A stretch of 48,000 nucleotides of DNA from Minisyncoccota bacterium (GCA_041663005.1 JBAZRK010000001.1:288734-336733); one strand, 5' to 3'. Positions 20,123 to 28,550 are shown, numbered from the stretch's first letter. The notes: generated by a model not told the origin, from the letters alone. Program-made: numbers and translations.

Positions 20123-20443
20123 ATGCCTAACCGAAACGAAAAAGTTGCCAACACTATCAAAGAGCTCGCGGCTGAATTTCTGGGTCGAGAGAATAACAAC
20201 ACTTCACTTATAACTGTTACCGGAGCAACTGCTTCCCCTGACCTGAAACGTGCGACGGTGTACATCACCGTACTTCCAAATACCAAAGAAACCGAAGCTC
20301 TCGCCTTCACTAAGCGCCGACGTGGTGATTTCCGAGAATTTTTAAAAAAGAATCTTCCTATTAAAACGATCCCTTTTCTCGACTTCGCTATTGATCTTGG
20401 TGAAAAGAACCGCCAAAAAATCGACGAGCTCCTACGTCAGTAA
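20123..20443 (+). CDS. rbfA: Ribosome-binding factor A
   Basis: Follows infB; ITVTGATASPDLKRATVYI..IPFLDFAID. Confidence 0.9.
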   Translation: MPNRNEKVANTIKELAAEFLGRENNNTSLITVTGATASPDLKRATVYITVLPNTKETEALAFTKRRRGDFREFLKKNLPIKTIPFLDFAIDLGEKNRQKIDELLRQ

Positions 20444-20452
20444 AAAATATTT

Positions 20453-20537
20453 TGGTGCCCGAGGTGGGAATCGAACCCACATCCCTTGCGAGACACGATT
20501 TTAAGTCGTGCGCGTATACCAGTTCCGCCACTCGGGC
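20453..20537 (-). tRNA. tRNA-Leu(TAA)
   Basis: GCCCGAG/CTCGGGC acceptor, CACGA-CTTAAAA-TCGTG anticodon arm, encoded CCA. Confidence 0.96.
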
Positions 20538-20552
20538 AATTTTTACAAACAG

Positions 20553-20625
20553 TGCGCCCAGAGGGGATCGAACCCCCGACCTTATCCTTAAGAGGGATCT
20601 GCTCTACCAGCTGAGCTATGGGCGC
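20553..20625 (-). tRNA. tRNA-Lys(CTT)
   Basis: GCGCCCA/TGGGCGC acceptor, loop CTCTTAA, GGTTCGATCC; CCA not encoded. Confidence 0.94.
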
Positions 20626-20711
20626 AAAATCTTTCCATTTCCCTACGATATAATTTATCACACTACTGTATATTTTGAAAGTTTAATTAAAAATGCTAGA
20701 TTAGTACGAGT

Positions 20712-20783
20712 GGCCTGGTAGCCAAGTAGTAAGGCATTCCTCTGCAAAAGGAATATACGTGGGTGCGATTCCCACCCAGGCCT
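20712..20783 (+). tRNA. tRNA-Cys(GCA)
   Basis: GGCCTGG/CCAGGCC acceptor, TTCCT-CTGCAAA-AGGAA; CCA not encoded. Confidence 0.94.
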
Positions 20784-20811
20784 CACGCAGGCACGCAAAA
20801 ATTTAATATCT

Positions 20812-20895
20812 GCCGGGGTGGCGAAATTGGCAGACGCACTTGCCTTAGGAGCAAGCGAGAGTAATCTCATGGAGGTTCAAGTCCTCTCCCCGGCA
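20812..20895 (+). tRNA. tRNA-Leu(TAG)
   Basis: GCCGGGG/CCCCGGC acceptor, CTTGC-CTTAGGA-GCAAG, long variable arm. Confidence 0.95.
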
Positions 20896-20903
20896 CAAAT
20901 ATT

Positions 20904-21485
20904 ATGGAGACCAACTTCATTATAGAGATTCTAATGTTATACCAGATGCCCGCGCTTTTCCTGGGCTCTTTTTTATTTGGTGAAACGGTAATCCTCGCAG
21001 CTTCTTTCCTCTCTGCTCAAGGATTCTGGTCCGCTTGGACTGTATTTTTTCTTTCGCTCTTGGGCACTATGTCCTCCGATGCTTTGTGGTTCTTGTATGG
21101 GCACAAGCTACTTTCATTTTTTCACCGATGGGAAAAATATCGACACCACAGCGAGCGATTTCTTAAAACTCTCGAGAGGATAACTGGCAATCATCCTCAC
21201 CGCGCCCTCCTCTTCATCAAGGCCGTGTACGGCACCAGAATTTTGACTATAATATACTTGTCGCTCCGTAAGGTAAATTTTGGGAAATTTATATTATTCG
21301 ACCTTATTGGTAGCGCCTGGTGGCTCGCAGCGATAACTCTCTTCGGCTGGCTAGCTGGCAAGAGCATAGTCAACTTGATGCCTTTCGTAGATAGTTTGCA
21401 ATATGCAGCGCTGGCCATCGTCTTTATCGTCGTAGTCTGGAGATTAACTTTCACATGGCTCCGCAAGAAAATAATCAAAGAGTAA
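20904..21485 (+). CDS. DedA/VTT family membrane protein
   Basis: FLGSFLFGE..G...SD.LWFLYG..KAVYGTR..F.LFDLIGSAWW. Confidence 0.85.
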   Translation: METNFIIEILMLYQMPALFLGSFLFGETVILAASFLSAQGFWSAWTVFFLSLLGTMSSDALWFLYGHKLLSFFHRWEKYRHHSERFLKTLERITGNHPHRALLFIKAVYGTRILTIIYLSLRKVNFGKFILFDLIGSAWWLAAITLFGWLAGKSIVNLMPFVDSLQYAALAIVFIVVVWRLTFTWLRKKIIKE

Positions 21486-22474
21486 CCGCCGTCGTATCGG
21501 CATACAATGAAGCCCCGCGCATCGAGGCTGTCCTTCAAGTTCTCACTACCTACCCTGGCTTCGCCGAAATCATAGTCATCGACGATGGTTCCACCGACGA
21601 CACAGCCGAAATCGCAAAAGCCTTCATTCGGACGTCCAACGTCCGAATGAACGTGGTGCAAAATGACAGGAATATGGGCAAGGGCTACTCAATGGACCGT
21701 GGAGTGAAGCTCGCACATACAGAAATAATCTTCTTCTCGGACGCCGACATCACCGGCCTCACTCACAAAGCCATCGACGAAGTCATCGCCCCGGTACTAG
21801 GAGGCCACTTGGATATGATGATAGGTATGAGCGACCGCAGATGGTATGTGATGCACGAAATGCTTACCTTCGTCCCGCTCTTGGGGGGTGAACGTGCGAT
21901 AACGCGCAGCCTCTGGCAGAAGCTTCCCGAGTATTACAAACAACATTTCCGCATTGAAGTGGCGCTCAACTTCTACTCTGTTTACTATGGGCAGGGGTAT
22001 AAGTATAAAATCCTAGACGGCGTTTCGCAGACTATTAAGGAAGAGAAGTACGGCTGGTGGCGCGGGGCCTGGGCTCGTTTGAAAATGTTTTATAATATTT
22101 TCTCATCTCAGCTTCGGCTCAATTTCCGCCACACTCCGCACTTCGTCCGTGAGGGACGCTGGCACGCGCTGGTGGCTCTCTACGGTATGGCTGGCACCGT
22201 TCTTGGAATTTTATTTTTTATTGCCATCTACTTCGGCCCGAGCGAATTTATCCGGTATGTCTTCGCGGAAAAATTGCGTGACCCGGGAGCACTCTTGGCT
22301 CCGCTCTTGCTCGATTTCGCGAACTTCACCCCGATTAATAAAATAGCTCTGCTCGGTCTCTTGATTTTCATTTCGAGCATTTCAATTTTCATACTTACCC
22401 GCAAGAATCTCAACTTCCTTCTCTACGGCTTCATCTATAAGCTCAAAAACGGCAAGCATGGCAAACGCCTCTAG
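21455..22474 (+). CDS. Glycosyltransferase family 2 with C-terminal TM segments
   Basis: VVSAYNE, IIVIDDGSTD, NMGKGYSM..G, FSDAD, GGERAI. Confidence 0.9.
   Translation: MAPQENNQRVTAVVSAYNEAPRIEAVLQVLTTYPGFAEIIVIDDGSTDDTAEIAKAFIRTSNVRMNVVQNDRNMGKGYSMDRGVKLAHTEIIFFSDADITGLTHKAIDEVIAPVLGGHLDMMIGMSDRRWYVMHEMLTFVPLLGGERAITRSLWQKLPEYYKQHFRIEVALNFYSVYYGQGYKYKILDGVSQTIKEEKYGWWRGAWARLKMFYNIFSSQLRLNFRHTPHFVREGRWHALVALYGMAGTVLGILFFIAIYFGPSEFIRYVFAEKLRDPGALLAPLLLDFANFTPINKIALLGLLIFISSISIFILTRKNLNFLLYGFIYKLKNGKHGKRL
21623..21651. repeat. Third copy of the 21-nt palindrome, extended to 13-bp arms, inside the GT2 gene
   Basis: TTCATTCGGACGT-CCA-ACGTCCGAATGAA. Confidence 0.95.
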
Positions 22475-22489
22475 ATCCTCCCCTAGGGC

Positions 22490-22518
22490 TTGACTTTTAT
22501 ACAAGTATATGCTATACT
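22490..22518 (+). promoter_or_regulatory. sigma70 extended -10 promoter, leaderless geometry
   Basis: TTGACT-17 nt-(TGC)TATACT-6 nt-ATG(22525). Confidence 0.75.
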
Positions 22519-22524
22519 ATGCAT

Positions 22525-23241
22525 ATGAGTAAGATAAATACAAAATCAATATATTTGGGCGTGAAAATTGGTCTTTTTGTGGCTTTAGGCCTTATGGTTC
22601 TACCATTAGAAACCAACGCTAGACAGGAATCATATGTGTCCGGCTACAGGAACCCAGCTCCAGTCCAGGAAGAGCGAATAACCGTTCGTACTCCCGACCC
22701 GGAAGACGTCTCCCCTTTCATAACTTCTATTAGTCCTGATGAGGCGAAGGCCACAACCAGCACTAAGACTATTACCATAACTGGTGGTGGATTTACCCCA
22801 AGCTCAGTGGTGAAAGTAAATGGCTCTAACCGCCACACTACATTCATCGACAACTCTCACCTCTTGGCACAAGCAAATGCGTATGATTTGTCCGGCACAA
22901 ATGAAAGCTTCTACCTTACTGTATGGAATGCTAACGGAGAATATTCCAACGCTGCGAAATTCACCGTAAAGGGTACCGTACCTGTTGCGAATAACAACAA
23001 CATTAACTATAACGGTTCTAACAATTCCGCACCGATAAATTACTACCCAGGGAACATTCAAGATGTCGAAGAAGATCCAAGCCTCGCTTCAAGTGTGATA
23101 CTTGGCGGTAATACTTTCCTCCCTACTGGCATCGTGCAGTGGGTACTCGTAGCAATCCTCATCGTGTTCATCATAGTCTTGGGCCGTAAGGTCTTGGGCA
23201 CCCGAGAACACTACGATAACACCCCACTCAAACACGCATAG
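22525..23241 (+). CDS. Surface protein with IPT/TIG (Ig-like) domain, N-terminal signal/TM and C-terminal TM
   Basis: PFITSISPD..TITITGGGFTPSSVVKVNG..TTFIDNSHLLA..LTVWN..S. Confidence 0.8.
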   Translation: MSKINTKSIYLGVKIGLFVALGLMVLPLETNARQESYVSGYRNPAPVQEERITVRTPDPEDVSPFITSISPDEAKATTSTKTITITGGGFTPSSVVKVNGSNRHTTFIDNSHLLAQANAYDLSGTNESFYLTVWNANGEYSNAAKFTVKGTVPVANNNNINYNGSNNSAPINYYPGNIQDVEEDPSLASSVILGGNTFLPTGIVQWVLVAILIVFIIVLGRKVLGTREHYDNTPLKHA

Positions 23242-23283
23242 AACTCAACTTAATATTGTAAAATAAGGCTCAAATGGCCGTCA

Positions 23284-23315
23284 GTCCCGTAGTAAGCTCA
23301 GCTTTACTACGGGAT
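23284..23315. repeat. REP-like hairpin, family B copy 2
   Basis: TCCCGTAGTAA-gctcagct-TTACTACGGGA, 11-bp perfect stem abutting a -35 box. Confidence 0.7.
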
Positions 23316-23343
23316 TGACTTTTTAGCTTGACTATGGTATAAT
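23315..23343 (+). promoter_or_regulatory. Near-consensus sigma70 promoter for the island
   Basis: TTGACT-17 nt-(TGG)TATAAT. Confidence 0.8.
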
Positions 23344-23383
23344 GTAAAGGTTGTATAGGTTCGTTGATAATTAAATAGGTTAT

Positions 23384-23565
23384 GGATGGTTTGCTTACAA
23401 AGTGGCTGAAATATCGGCCCCCTCGTGAGCAAACCATCCCAGCAAAAGCGTCCGACACGCTTGTCCTTCCGTAGCTCGTAGCGAAGGAGGATAGTCGGAA
23501 CGCTAGGAGTTTTAGAGTTTCAGAAGTTAGACACACTTACCGCGCCTCGAAAGGGCGCAAGGAGG
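23384..23565 (+). ncRNA. Highly structured ~220-nt 5' leader (putative cis-regulatory RNA)
   Basis: 14-bp stem 23384-97/23426-39 with inner hairpin; stem 23447-56/23494-504; GAAA hairpin 23542-58; AAGGAGG at 23559-65. Confidence 0.5.
23463..23492. repeat. REP-like hairpin, family A copy 1
   Basis: GTCCTTCCGTAGCTCGTAGCGAAGGAGGAT; shares GTCCT head and TAGCGAAGGAGGAT tail with 45556-45583. Confidence 0.7.
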
Positions 23566-23569
23566 CGTT

Positions 23570-24493
23570 ATGCATTTTCAGCGACCGACGAATCATGGTC
23601 GGCAACCCCGACCACCGGCGGAAGAGCCGCCACACATCACCGTCCACTCGGTGGAAACTGAGATTCACGGCGTGTACGATGTGTACGCGACCGTGACACG
23701 GGGCATCAGCCCCGTGAAAGATGTCCTGGTCATTTTCCGCGTCGACGGTAAAGCCGTAGACGCGCCCTGTCACACGAGTGACAAGGGTGTCGCTCAGGTC
23801 GAGCTGAAGCTGAACGCCAAGCTCGACCCGCGACAGACCGACGACCCCGACGAGCCGGAAGTGTATCACGAGTACACCGTGTCAGCGAACATCGCCAACA
23901 CGAACACTTCAGCGGAGGATCGCATCTTGGTTCTGCCCAAGGAAGAGAAGGACCTCACGAAGTGGCAGCACTTCATGATGGTCGCCTTCCTGGTCCTGTT
24001 TGTTTTGTTGGGACCGGGAACTTGGTGGCTCAAGGCCACCTTCTTGATTGCCACTCTCCTCATCGTGAAGATCCTGGCAACCAAGCGCGGTAAAACTTTC
24101 AGATACGCGATGTGGGAGGAGAACAACTGGATTTTCTTTGCCGTAGTTGGAATGTCGATCGTGTCCGGACTCATGGCATACATGAATCCGATAAGGCCAC
24201 ATTCCTTCACCGCATTCAGACATCCAGTTTGGGCGTTCTTCAACAAGATGTATTTCGGTAAACTTGCGGGCGGCTGGAGTATGGCCTGCAAGCACCTTCT
24301 CTTCCCGTGGGCTCTTCCCTTCGCATTCGTTGTCTCGTTCTGGGACAATGTTGTCGAGGGGGTTCAACATTGGCGGAGAAAAAAACATTCCGAGTCCAAC
24401 GCGAAGAGCGAGCTAATCACCCACGCCAAATACGACACGCTCTTCGCAATCATCATCAAGGTGCTGAAAGGCATCTTTGGATTTGGGGGGTAA
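23570..24493 (+). CDS. Hypothetical membrane protein with a putative N-terminal Ig-like (Big-1-like) beta domain
   Basis: SD AAGGAGG; beta-rich VYATVT..VLVIFRVDG..TSDKGVAQVEL..YTVSA, then 3-4 TMs. Confidence 0.7.
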   Translation: MHFQRPTNHGRQPRPPAEEPPHITVHSVETEIHGVYDVYATVTRGISPVKDVLVIFRVDGKAVDAPCHTSDKGVAQVELKLNAKLDPRQTDDPDEPEVYHEYTVSANIANTNTSAEDRILVLPKEEKDLTKWQHFMMVAFLVLFVLLGPGTWWLKATFLIATLLIVKILATKRGKTFRYAMWEENNWIFFAVVGMSIVSGLMAYMNPIRPHSFTAFRHPVWAFFNKMYFGKLAGGWSMACKHLLFPWALPFAFVVSFWDNVVEGVQHWRRKKHSESNAKSELITHAKYDTLFAIIIKVLKGIFGFGG

Positions 24494-24495
24494 TC

Positions 24496-24951
24496 GTGAA
24501 GAAACTCACAATGGTTTTACTCGTCATTCTCCTTGCTTCCGGCGGCTGTAAGTGGCTTCCGGCGGCGCTGAAGTCCTATCAGCAGGAGTACGATGAGCTC
24601 GCCGCTCAACCAGCGGCAACGACCGCCGCCGATGCCAAGAAGCAGTACGCGGAGGTCGACGAGTTCGTCAAACGCCTCAAGGCAGAAGATCAAGAGAATC
24701 TGCCTGACGGATTGCTTGTGAAAGCAGTTGAGTTAGACGCAAAGCGTTTGGCTCACTGCGCTTCCCTCGCCTTCCAAGAGAAAGCTAAGGGCGTTTGGGA
24801 GTGGGCCAAGAAAAAGCTCCACTCCGACGGAGTGTCGCCGAAGGAAGCGGCCAAGATTGAACCTGAACTTGCGGGCCCTCTCAAGGCTGCGACATCGACA
24901 ACTACAACGACATCCACCGAGCCCGACGACGACCGTTCGCACTACAGATAA
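24496..24951 (+). CDS. Hypothetical lipoprotein
   Basis: GTG start 2 nt after the upstream stop; MKKLTMVLLVILLASGGC lipobox-like signal. Confidence 0.7.
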   Translation: MKKLTMVLLVILLASGGCKWLPAALKSYQQEYDELAAQPAATTAADAKKQYAEVDEFVKRLKAEDQENLPDGLLVKAVELDAKRLAHCASLAFQEKAKGVWEWAKKKLHSDGVSPKEAAKIEPELAGPLKAATSTTTTTSTEPDDDRSHYR

Positions 24952-25006
24952 ATCGTAGGGCGGTAAGCTCGAGAGAGCCCCGCCCGACTAACTTCGGAGA
25001 TATACA

Positions 25007-26083
25007 ATGGTGGGATTTATCATCGGACTTGCGACAGCATTTGGGATGTTTTGGTTCACAGAGATCGGCATCGGCTGGTCTCTGGTCGCCGGACTTGTCG
25101 TCGGCCTGCTTTTCCACTTCAAGGTGGGAACAGGTGGAACGACTACGGGCGGCGGCGGCTTCTTCAACGGCCTGGGAAGTTTTTTCTCAGGTATCTCCAG
25201 GACAGCCTGGGGAATCGTCGTCGGAGCTGTAGTTTTTTCGGGCCTTCTCATGGCCCTCAGTCGATTCCTTGAAATCTCGCCCGCTAGAGTATCAGAAGAG
25301 ATCCAGAAGTTCGGCTGGAACCCCCTCAACTGGGGTCGCATGGGCGGCCCCGTGGTATTGTTCTTCCTGTGCACGATCGTTCTACTCTTCGCTGCTCAGC
25401 AAGCGGCGCAAGGAAGAACGAAAATCGCAGGATGGATGATCGGCGTTTCAATCGTGTTCGGGATCTTGTGTTTGTATCTGCCGCACACTGCGGCCAAGAT
25501 CCTGCCGTCTGAAAACGGCAAGCCAACCTGGAACGCCACTGACACAGCCGTAGAGTTTCAGCTCACGGCTGTCAACAAGCGCGGAGTCGCACCTGTGGTA
25601 ATCACAGGCGCGACAACTCTTGCGCTAGGCGAGCCGCCCGCGCAGGAAATGAAGAAAGGCGGAGTGTGGGGCGTTTACACAAAACGCTTCGCCACCTGGT
25701 GGTGCGGGGACTGTGCAAATCCCGCACCGAGACACCACGCCTCATCTTCCGCCCCCGCACGGCGGCAATACGAACCGGCTGTCTACACGAAGCCGGTACC
25801 CGTAGTCGAGATGCGTCCCTTCGAGTTTGGTGCAGACGGTTGCACTGTCCCCACTCGACTCGAGAGCAACGCGTCGTTTTACCCAAAAGGAGGCTGGGTG
25901 ACCATTCACCCGCCTCTGCCCGCAAAACCCTGGGACGATGCCCCCGGCATCCGAAATTCCCAGGAAGGCATTGAGAAACCGGCAGGCACGTACTATGTCT
26001 GCCGGCAGACGATGGACCTCGAGGGCAATCCCCTCGAGCCGGGATGGGGTATCGACATCTGGAGTGCATTCCCTGACAAGTAG
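25007..26083 (+). CDS. Hypothetical multi-TM protein with a soluble Pro/Cys-containing C-terminal domain
   Basis: GGAGA 6 nt upstream of ATG; ~5 hydrophobic segments, GTGGTTTGGGG linker. Confidence 0.75.
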   Translation: MVGFIIGLATAFGMFWFTEIGIGWSLVAGLVVGLLFHFKVGTGGTTTGGGGFFNGLGSFFSGISRTAWGIVVGAVVFSGLLMALSRFLEISPARVSEEIQKFGWNPLNWGRMGGPVVLFFLCTIVLLFAAQQAAQGRTKIAGWMIGVSIVFGILCLYLPHTAAKILPSENGKPTWNATDTAVEFQLTAVNKRGVAPVVITGATTLALGEPPAQEMKKGGVWGVYTKRFATWWCGDCANPAPRHHASSSAPARRQYEPAVYTKPVPVVEMRPFEFGADGCTVPTRLESNASFYPKGGWVTIHPPLPAKPWDDAPGIRNSQEGIEKPAGTYYVCRQTMDLEGNPLEPGWGIDIWSAFPDK

Positions 26084-26108
26084 TTCTTCGTTCTTTAGAG
26101 TAAAATCC

Positions 26109-26143
26109 AAAGGGCAGCAAGGTTTCTATACCTGCTGCCCTTT
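26109..26143. terminator. Bidirectional intrinsic terminator between the island and the pilin cluster
   Basis: AAAGGGCAGCA..TGCTGCCCTTT stem followed by T-rich sequence, between convergent genes. Confidence 0.75.
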
Positions 26144-26175
26144 TCTTATACCTTTTTTTATTTTTTTCTCTCCTT

Positions 26176-26502
26176 TTACTGCAGCTGATCCCCTTTCACG
26201 TCGATCGCCCCGCCATCCACATCCACGTAATTAATGTTCAGGGTATTTAGGATAATGTTCATTATCGTCCAGACGCCCAGCATTATGGTAATACCGAGTA
26301 TCCCCCAAATCATATGATTCCGCCCGGTAGATTTCGCTTCTTCGCTTTCTTGATTCATTAGGAACTCAAGAATGCCATAGAGGAAGAAAACTATAGCCAA
26401 GGCGAACAGGAAGAGTATCAGCGGATTTATTATCTCGCTATTAACTTTGCCTATGAAAGAATCCAGAGAGGCGTAAGCGATTTTCGGAGAAAATAAATCC
26501 AT
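26176..26502 (-). CDS. TrbC/VirB2-like (T4SS-type) pilin
   Basis: IINPLI..ALAIVFFLYG..F..EEAKSTGRNHMIWGILGITIMLGVW. Confidence 0.8.
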   Translation of the reverse strand: MDLFSPKIAYASLDSFIGKVNSEIINPLILFLFALAIVFFLYGILEFLMNQESEEAKSTGRNHMIWGILGITIMLGVWTIMNIILNTLNINYVDVDGGAIDVKGDQLQ

Positions 26503-26513
26503 ATTCGTTTGCT

Positions 26514-26903
26514 TTAGTAAGGCGTAGTCGGATAGGTAATGTCCTGGCCGGCGTTATCAACTCCGAAAGTGTTGGTCAAAATTTTAACCAAGCCCCAGAG
26601 ACCGATGATAACAGCAAGACCGATGATACCGAAGATGATTCGGTCTCGGCCAGCTTTCTTGGCTTCTTCGTCGCTCGCAATAACGTATGTAAGTACTCCC
26701 CAGATGAAGATAACGACACCCAGGGCAATTAAAATCGGAACAATGGTATTAAGAATATCGCCGATTTTACATGCAAACGTAGTCAAATCTCGCACTGCTG
26801 CGCCAGGCACACACCTATTACCACCACCCACATTCGCTGCTGCGGATGCCAAGAGAGGCGAACCTAGAACCAAACCCAACCCTATAATTAACTTCTGTTT
26901 CAT
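26514..26903 (-). CDS. TrbC/VirB2-like pilin
   Basis: Signal peptide, Cys pair, ALGVVIFIWG..Y..DEEAKKAGRDRIIFGIIGLAVI. Confidence 0.8.
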   Translation of the reverse strand: MKQKLIIGLGLVLGSPLLASAAANVGGGNRCVPGAAVRDLTTFACKIGDILNTIVPILIALGVVIFIWGVLTYVIASDEEAKKAGRDRIIFGIIGLAVIIGLWGLVKILTNTFGVDNAGQDITYPTTPY

Positions 26904-26994
26904 AATAATAATTTATAATCTAATAATTTTTACGACCAAACTATTTATAATTACCATAGAATTATACCACAAGCATAAGGGGAAAATAAAGCAA

Positions 26995-27705
26995 CTATTG
27001 CGACGGTGGGCAGCCGGCTGGCGGGCATACCTGCGGTAAGACCGGTCCCCCGATACCGAAAGTCTCAGTTAAAATAGCTACCAGGCCCCAGATAGAGAGC
27101 ATGACAGTAAGCGCCACTATGCCCCATATCATAAATTGCTTACCTTGCTCCCGTTTAGCCTCTTCGTCAGCGTTAATAATGAAAAATTTGATAGCGCCCC
27201 AAATGAAAACGACAGTAGCCACCGCGAAGATAAGCGGTATAAAAGAATCATTAATTAATCGGGTTACGTAGCACAAAACATCTTTAAGCGAAGAGTCGTT
27301 CCCTATCTCGCAAGTGGAGCTACCAGTGTTGCCTACCTTTAGGGGTGCAAGCTCCGGCGCATACGCGCGCAGGTTAAACGTAGTCACCACAATATTCACC
27401 AAGCCCCAGAGACCAATGATAACAGCGAAGCCTATAAGCCCGTAGATAATTTGGTCCCTCCCCTTTGACTTGGCTTCCTCACCGTCTGCAATTACATACC
27501 GGATTATTCCCCAGAGGAAATACACAACTCCAAGCGCAATCAATACGGGAATAACGGAATTAAGTAAGCTATGGAATTTACAAATCAAACCCCCTAGGCC
27601 CGGGAAGGCATCGCAAGCCGAAATGGGATTCTGGAGATTACCTAAAGGAGTGATTATAAAAGCGAAAGCTGCGGGATACGGGAGAAATTTAAGATACTTT
27701 TTCAT
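26995..27705 (-). CDS. Tandem two-domain TrbC/VirB2-like pilin
   Basis: Two repeats: FLWGIIRYVIADGEEAKSKGRDQIIYGLIG and FIWGAIKFFIINADEEAKREQGKQFMIWGIVA. Confidence 0.8.
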   Translation of the reverse strand: MKKYLKFLPYPAAFAFIITPLGNLQNPISACDAFPGLGGLICKFHSLLNSVIPVLIALGVVYFLWGIIRYVIADGEEAKSKGRDQIIYGLIGFAVIIGLWGLVNIVVTTFNLRAYAPELAPLKVGNTGSSTCEIGNDSSLKDVLCYVTRLINDSFIPLIFAVATVVFIWGAIKFFIINADEEAKREQGKQFMIWGIVALTVMLSIWGLVAILTETFGIGGPVLPQVCPPAGCPPSQ

Positions 27706-27735
27706 AATTCCAGAAGATTAATTGATAATTAGTAA

Positions 27736-28128
27736 TTATTGCCCCAGCGTGGTTATAGTGGTAGATATCATCTCGGCGATGGCCCAAGAGCCTAGTAATA
27801 TAGTTGCTCCTATTACTGAATAAAGGAGCGCGTTCTTCGCTTCGGTCAATTTCTCCTCCTTGCCTCGGGCGAATACGAAAAGGAAGCCGGAGTAAATAAT
27901 TGCCAAAGCTACAACAGGAATACCCACCTTAAGGGCGCCAACTAAGACCGACTTTATTAAAAGCGGAAAGGATGTTGCTGCAATGGGTGGACATATTTTC
28001 CCAGCAGCCGGGTTACAAGTTGGTGGTGGAGTTATCGGAGTATTTGTATCAGCAAAAGAAATTACTGGCAACAAAGCAAATGCAAGAATTAAAATTAATT
28101 TCCCAAAATTGTTTTTTATAAAATTCAT
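27736..28128 (-). CDS. TrbC/VirB2-like pilin
   Basis: Signal peptide, Cys pair, ALAIIYSGFLFVFARGKEEKLTEAKNALLYSVIG. Confidence 0.8.
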   Translation of the reverse strand: MNFIKNNFGKLILILAFALLPVISFADTNTPITPPPTCNPAAGKICPPIAATSFPLLIKSVLVGALKVGIPVVALAIIYSGFLFVFARGKEEKLTEAKNALLYSVIGATILLGSWAIAEMISTTITTLGQ

Positions 28129-28135
28129 AGTTTTA

Positions 28136-28546
28136 TTATACCTCAGCTGTAAGACCTATCCAAGCGCCATTGAAGCCGAAGAGCGTCAGAATAGTGCTAA
28201 TAATAAGCCAGGCCGCTACCGCGATAATAAGCCCTAAAACTGTGTTGGTGAAAATCTTTTTCGCTTTAGCCCTCTCCCCTGACGCCTCTCCACCCGAGGT
28301 AACCATAATTACCCCAGCGTAAGCGAACATTATGGCCGCAATAGGCACGAACATTTTAAACAAGAGAAAGTCGATAATTTTATTAACCATCTCCATTAAC
28401 GCATTGAAATCACAAGGGTCTGTGAGAGTGTTGGTGCACGGAACAAGGCCAGGTTCCGGCACAGGGTCTTCGGCTAATGACACGAAAGGCATCACGAGCA
28501 TGAGCGCGAGAACTAAGAAGGTAACAAAATGGGTAATTTTTTTCAT
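28136..28546 (-). CDS. TrbC/VirB2-like pilin
   Basis: GLVPC..PCDF, AIMFAYAG..VTSGGE..AKAKKIFTNTVLGLIIAVAAWLII. Confidence 0.82.
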   Translation of the reverse strand: MKKITHFVTFLVLALMLVMPFVSLAEDPVPEPGLVPCTNTLTDPCDFNALMEMVNKIIDFLLFKMFVPIAAIMFAYAGVIMVTSGGEASGERAKAKKIFTNTVLGLIIAVAAWLIISTILTLFGFNGAWIGLTAEV

Positions 28547-28550
28547 ATCT

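Noticed and set aside
20437-20870. ORFs 20437-20661, 20452-20721 and 20658-20870
   Set aside because: They are translations of the tRNA cluster.
23426-23460. c-di-GMP-I riboswitch resemblance (GCAAACCATCC..GCAAAAGCGTCCG)
   Set aside because: The GNRA-capped P2 and receptor are missing, and the segment is explained by a different 14-bp stem.
23250-26150. Integrative element or prophage boundaries for the GC-rich island
   Set aside because: No integrase, transposase, flanking direct repeats or adjacent tRNA duplication were visible.
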